A DNA stretch of 64,000 nucleotides from Octopus bimaculoides (Eukaryota). This document shows, in pieces, positions 62,790-64,000 of this stretch. Under the pieces are notes generated by a model. That model was not told the DNA's origin. It did no database searches and was given only the letters and a program-made list of their open reading frames with translations. Within the stretch, counting starts at the first letter, position 1. Each line of letters opens with the position of its first letter. The DNA lies in NCBI RefSeq assembly GCF_001194135.2, contig NC_068986.1, positions 52,108,176 through 52,172,175 of the forward strand. The letters are read 5' to 3'. The translations under genes were made by a program, and so were the position numbers.

Positions 62790-63467
62790 TTAACAGTGAA
62801 ACATGTGGATGTGTGGATGTCTGTCTATGTATATATGTATTTGTGCATATTATCCTATGCCTTTCCTAATTTTATTGGTACCATTTCTGTTAATCCGTGG
62901 CTAATATAGACAATTGGATCATGTTGTCATGATGTAGGATCGAACTTTAATAAACTACGAGCTTGCAAAGCAAACTTCTAAACCACACTGACCTGTCTTT
63001 ACGCAGATACTATAATATTGACCCACCAACAGCCACCACTATTTCATTTGCATATATTCTTAGTTTGAAATTCATATTCCGATTATCACAGCTAAGCTTT
63101 CATTTTCAATTCACTCCGGTTTCTTGTCTGAGATATTGGCCACTTGTATAGAAATCGATTTTTTGCATAGGTGTATAGGATGACATAACTTCAATCGATT
63201 TCCTGATGCTACCAAACATTTATTTTGATGATCTAGGATTTAGGCAACATATCATGTTTCCTGTTATCAATCTGAGACATAGATATTCATTAGACGTCGG
63301 ATAAATTTTCTCATAGCTTAAAGATTTAATCGATAAATAATTTTCAATTATTTACTATTTCTTTTTTCTTTTTTTGTAATTTGACATCTTTTTCCGTAAT
63401 CGTTTCTGCGCTGCTAGCAAGATTATTTGTCGTACTCGTTTTCTACTAAAAATGCGAATGAACAATT

Positions 63468-63686
63468 ATTCTTTTATTCTTTTATTTGTTTGTCATTTGA
63501 CTGCAGTCATGCTCGAGCAATGCCTTTAGTTGATCAAATCGATCCCAGGACTCATTCTTTGTAGGTCTAGTACTTATTCTATCGTTCTCTTTTACCGAAC
63601 CACCATGTTACGGGGACGTAAACACACCAACATCGGTTGTCAAGCGATGGTGGTGGGGACAAACACAGACACACAAACATATACAT

Positions 63687-63724
<38 letters not shown>

Positions 63725-63887
63725 CATGACGTGTTCCTGCTTTCAATTTCCGTTTACCAAATCCATTTGGAGAACTTTGGTCGGCCCGAGGCTATAGTAG
63801 AAGACACTCAGCGAAGGTGCCACGCAACGGGACTGAACCCGAAACCATGTATTAGGAAAGGAAGCTTCTTACCACACGGCCACGCCT
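63468..63887 (-). mobile_element. Family C SINE
   Basis: GTCATGCTCGAGCA...TGGTCGGCCCGAGGCTATAGTAGAAGACACT...GGGACTGAACCCGAAACCATGT...CACACGGCCACGCCTG on the plus-strand reading. Confidence 0.85.
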
Positions 63888-64000
63888 GTTTAAGAGCCAG
63901 CCAACGTTCAAAGTTTCTACTTATTCGTTCGCTCTACAACTAGTTATAGCATAGCATTCATATCACATCATATCTTACAAAACGTAGACATAAATACTGT

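Overview
AT-rich, gap-ridden eukaryotic scaffold that is intergenic or intronic. The SINE families and dense (CA)/(TA)/(TAA)/(TACA) microsatellites point to an octopus-like (coleoid cephalopod) genome; this is an inference from recalled repeat families, not a search. I cannot support any intact host protein-coding gene, and most ORF-track entries are microsatellite or N-gap artefacts. The real coding remnants all belong to transposons. These are a mariner (DD34D), a Tc1 (DD34E), a near full-length decayed hAT (Buster/GTF2IRD2-like), five families of restriction-like-endonuclease (R4/Dong-type) LINEs chained through microsatellite tails, an RTE LINE with tandem C-terminal C2H2 fingers, and two Penelope-like elements (one flanked by ~290-bp inverted repeats). 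There are also many tRNA-derived SINEs, including nested copies sharing one junction. The most striking feature is a 434-bp foldback at 9209-9642 whose two ~170-bp arms each carry a minimal type I hammerhead ribozyme core with the conserved nucleotides intact, one per strand. Identities are by-eye estimates, and boundaries of decayed elements are approximate.
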